Of a stretch of DNA of 16,711 nucleotides, positions 15,202 to 16,711 are shown in pieces. The stretch's first letter is position 1. Each line of letters starts with the position of its first letter. Source of the DNA: Pedosphaera sp. GTDB taxonomy: Bacteria; Verrucomicrobiota; Verrucomicrobiia; Limisphaerales; SIBH01. The notes below the pieces were generated by a model. The model was not told where the DNA came from. It was given only the letters and a program-made list of their open reading frames with translations, and made no database searches. Where the stretch lies: positions 1 through 16,711 of the forward strand of contig JANOQV010000074.1 in assembly GCA_031414955.1 (NCBI GenBank), given 5' to 3'. Made by a program: the position numbers and the translations under genes.

Positions 15202-16710
15202 CTACGGAAGTTTCTCCACACCGTAGAACCGGCGTGGATTCGTGAGGGCCTGGACATCCAGCACCGGAATTGTTCCCAGAGAGTTGGTCACAGTGGTCAC
15301 GGGCTGCCAGGTGGCGAATGGGGCTGCGACATTCGTCGAGGCGCGGACGCGGAGAATTTCGCCGGGCGTTCCACGCACCAGCATTTTGAACCCGCCGAGC
15401 GGTTGCAGGCCGTTAGAGCCGAGCGGTTCGCCGCCAAGATAAAACCGCACCCCCGACCCCGGCCATGTGCCGCTCAACGGCGTGAGCGGTCCGAACGAAA
15501 CGTTATCCACCAAGCCTGTGGCGAGCTGGCCGCGCCGATGGGAGGTGAGGGCCAGCCCGGCCTCCACGCGGTTTGACAGGCTCACGGTGGTGAACCAGGC
15601 GTAGTTCCAGTCCAAGCCATTTGAGGAGGTGAAACCGGCCACGGTATTCCCCATCCGCATCAGGCGCAGCCACGCGCTGTTCGTGCCAGGCACCGGGCTT
15701 TCGACACTCGAAAGGCCCTGGCCGAGACGGCGGCGGAAAGTCACGTTCGTGCGACTGGTCAGGCGCAGGAAGACATGCTTCGCGCCCGCGTCCAGCGTCT
15801 CGCGCAGCATCAGGCCGACTTCCGCGCCCGGCTCGGCGGCGTGCAACGAGAGCACGCGCGCGATGATCTGGCCGTCGTTGGTGAGCGGCGCGCGGGCGAA
15901 GTGAAACGCATCAGCGTTGTCCTCGATGTCCTCGCCGGAGCCGATGAGCGTGTAGAGACCGTTCGTGTAGGCCGTGCCGCCGGACGCGCCGACATCGCCC
16001 ACGTCCACGCCGATCAGGACAGGCACGCCGTCCTGATCAACAGTGAAGTCCAGTCCCTGAATGACCAGTTTGCCCGACCGACGCTCGGGACTGAGATTGG
16101 CCTGCACCAGAAAGCCGACGACTCCGTTCCCGGAACCGGAGGCTCCATTGGTGATGATTAACCAAGGCACGTTGCTGGTCGCAGCCCAGTCGCATCCGCC
16201 CGGGGCGCTGACGCTGAATGTACCGTTGGTCGCGCCGAAGCCGACGGAGACTCCGTTGGGCGTAATTGAATAATAGCAGACTGGTGGGCAGGTCACGGTG
16301 AAGGAATAGCTGCCAGTGTCCGCGTAATTATCATCATGCACCAGCAGCGTGTAGGCACCAGCGGCCAGCACGATGTTTGTGGCCGTGGCGGGAGTGCGGG
16401 TAAAAAGTTTAGTGCCAGCCGAATTGTAGAGATCGAACTGCACTCCACTGAAGCCACCGAAACTGAAAATGGTGAAACCGCCAGCCGTGGCAAATCCGTG
16501 CGCCCGAATCTGCGCGCCGCTGGTGAGACTGCTGTTAAATGTCTGCCCGCACACGATGGGCGTGCCGCCACAGCCGCCGCCGGTGAAGGACTGGAGGCTC
16601 AACTGGTAGCTGCTGGTCTGCGCGTAGTCGTCATCATGTACGAGGATCGTGAACGTCCCGCTGTTGGTCAGGGTCAGGTTGACGGCGCGGGTTCCGCAGT
16701 GGTTCAGGCT
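15202..16710 (-). CDS. C-terminal part of a large secreted multidomain protein: PPC-like repeats, BACON domain, ConA/DUF1349-like beta-sandwich, terminal STN..W..RFY domain
   Basis: The frame stays open to the window end (SLNHCGTRAVNLTLTNSGTFTILVHDDDYAQTSSYQLSL...). Repeat G.YT.LVHDD.YA.T.SY occurs twice; CDWAATSNVPWL...GSGNG.V...V.AN....RSG.L.I is BACON-like; GSGEDI...ADAFHF......DGQIIARV...GLMLRE.L...WLRL.R.GN. Confidence 0.85.
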   Translation of the reverse strand, partial: SLNHCGTRAVNLTLTNSGTFTILVHDDDYAQTSSYQLSLQSFTGGGCGGTPIVCGQTFNSSLTSGAQIRAHGFATAGGFTIFSFGGFSGVQFDLYNSAGTKLFTRTPATATNIVLAAGAYTLLVHDDNYADTGSYSFTVTCPPVCYYSITPNGVSVGFGATNGTFSVSAPGGCDWAATSNVPWLIITNGASGSGNGVVGFLVQANLSPERRSGKLVIQGLDFTVDQDGVPVLIGVDVGDVGASGGTAYTNGLYTLIGSGEDIEDNADAFHFARAPLTNDGQIIARVLSLHAAEPGAEVGLMLRETLDAGAKHVFLRLTSRTNVTFRRRLGQGLSSVESPVPGTNSAWLRLMRMGNTVAGFTSSNGLDWNYAWFTTVSLSNRVEAGLALTSHRRGQLATGLVDNVSFGPLTPLSGTWPGSGVRFYLGGEPLGSNGLQPLGGFKMLVRGTPGEILRVRASTNVAAPFATWQPVTTVTNSLGTIPVLDVQALTNPRRFYGVEKLP

Positions 16711-16711
16711 G

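Overview
GC-rich bacterial DNA, most likely Verrucomicrobiota (inferred from a Verruco/Plancto-restricted gene, absence of L30, the L2 loop signature and the style of the secreted proteins). Bases 1-7751 (minus strand) hold a ribosomal protein cluster: rplB-rpsS-rplV-rpsC-rplP-rpmC-rpsQ-rplN-rplX-rplE-rpsN-rpsH-rplF-rplR-rpsE-rplO-secY (secY partial). The cluster begins at rplB with no rpsJ-rplC-rplD-rplW in front. It has its own stringent-type sigma70 promoter and a structured leader of about 118 nt, lacks rpmD, and its S5 has a Gly/RG-rich N-terminal tail. A divergent intergenic region carries several hairpins and a strong terminator with no clear upstream gene (candidate ncRNA or attenuator). 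Bases 8243-16711 hold accessory genes: a 47-aa membrane peptide, a TIGR04138-like protein, a secreted heme c/PHM-type copper monooxygenase-like protein, a Pmp3/YqaE peptide, an RMD1/DUF155-like protein, a DUF4870-like membrane protein, an orphan TPP-dependent E1-alpha, a lipoprotein and the 3' part of a large secreted multidomain protein. Palindromic and heptad repeats lie between these genes, and several genes look leaderless. All family calls come from motif recognition by eye; no searches were run.
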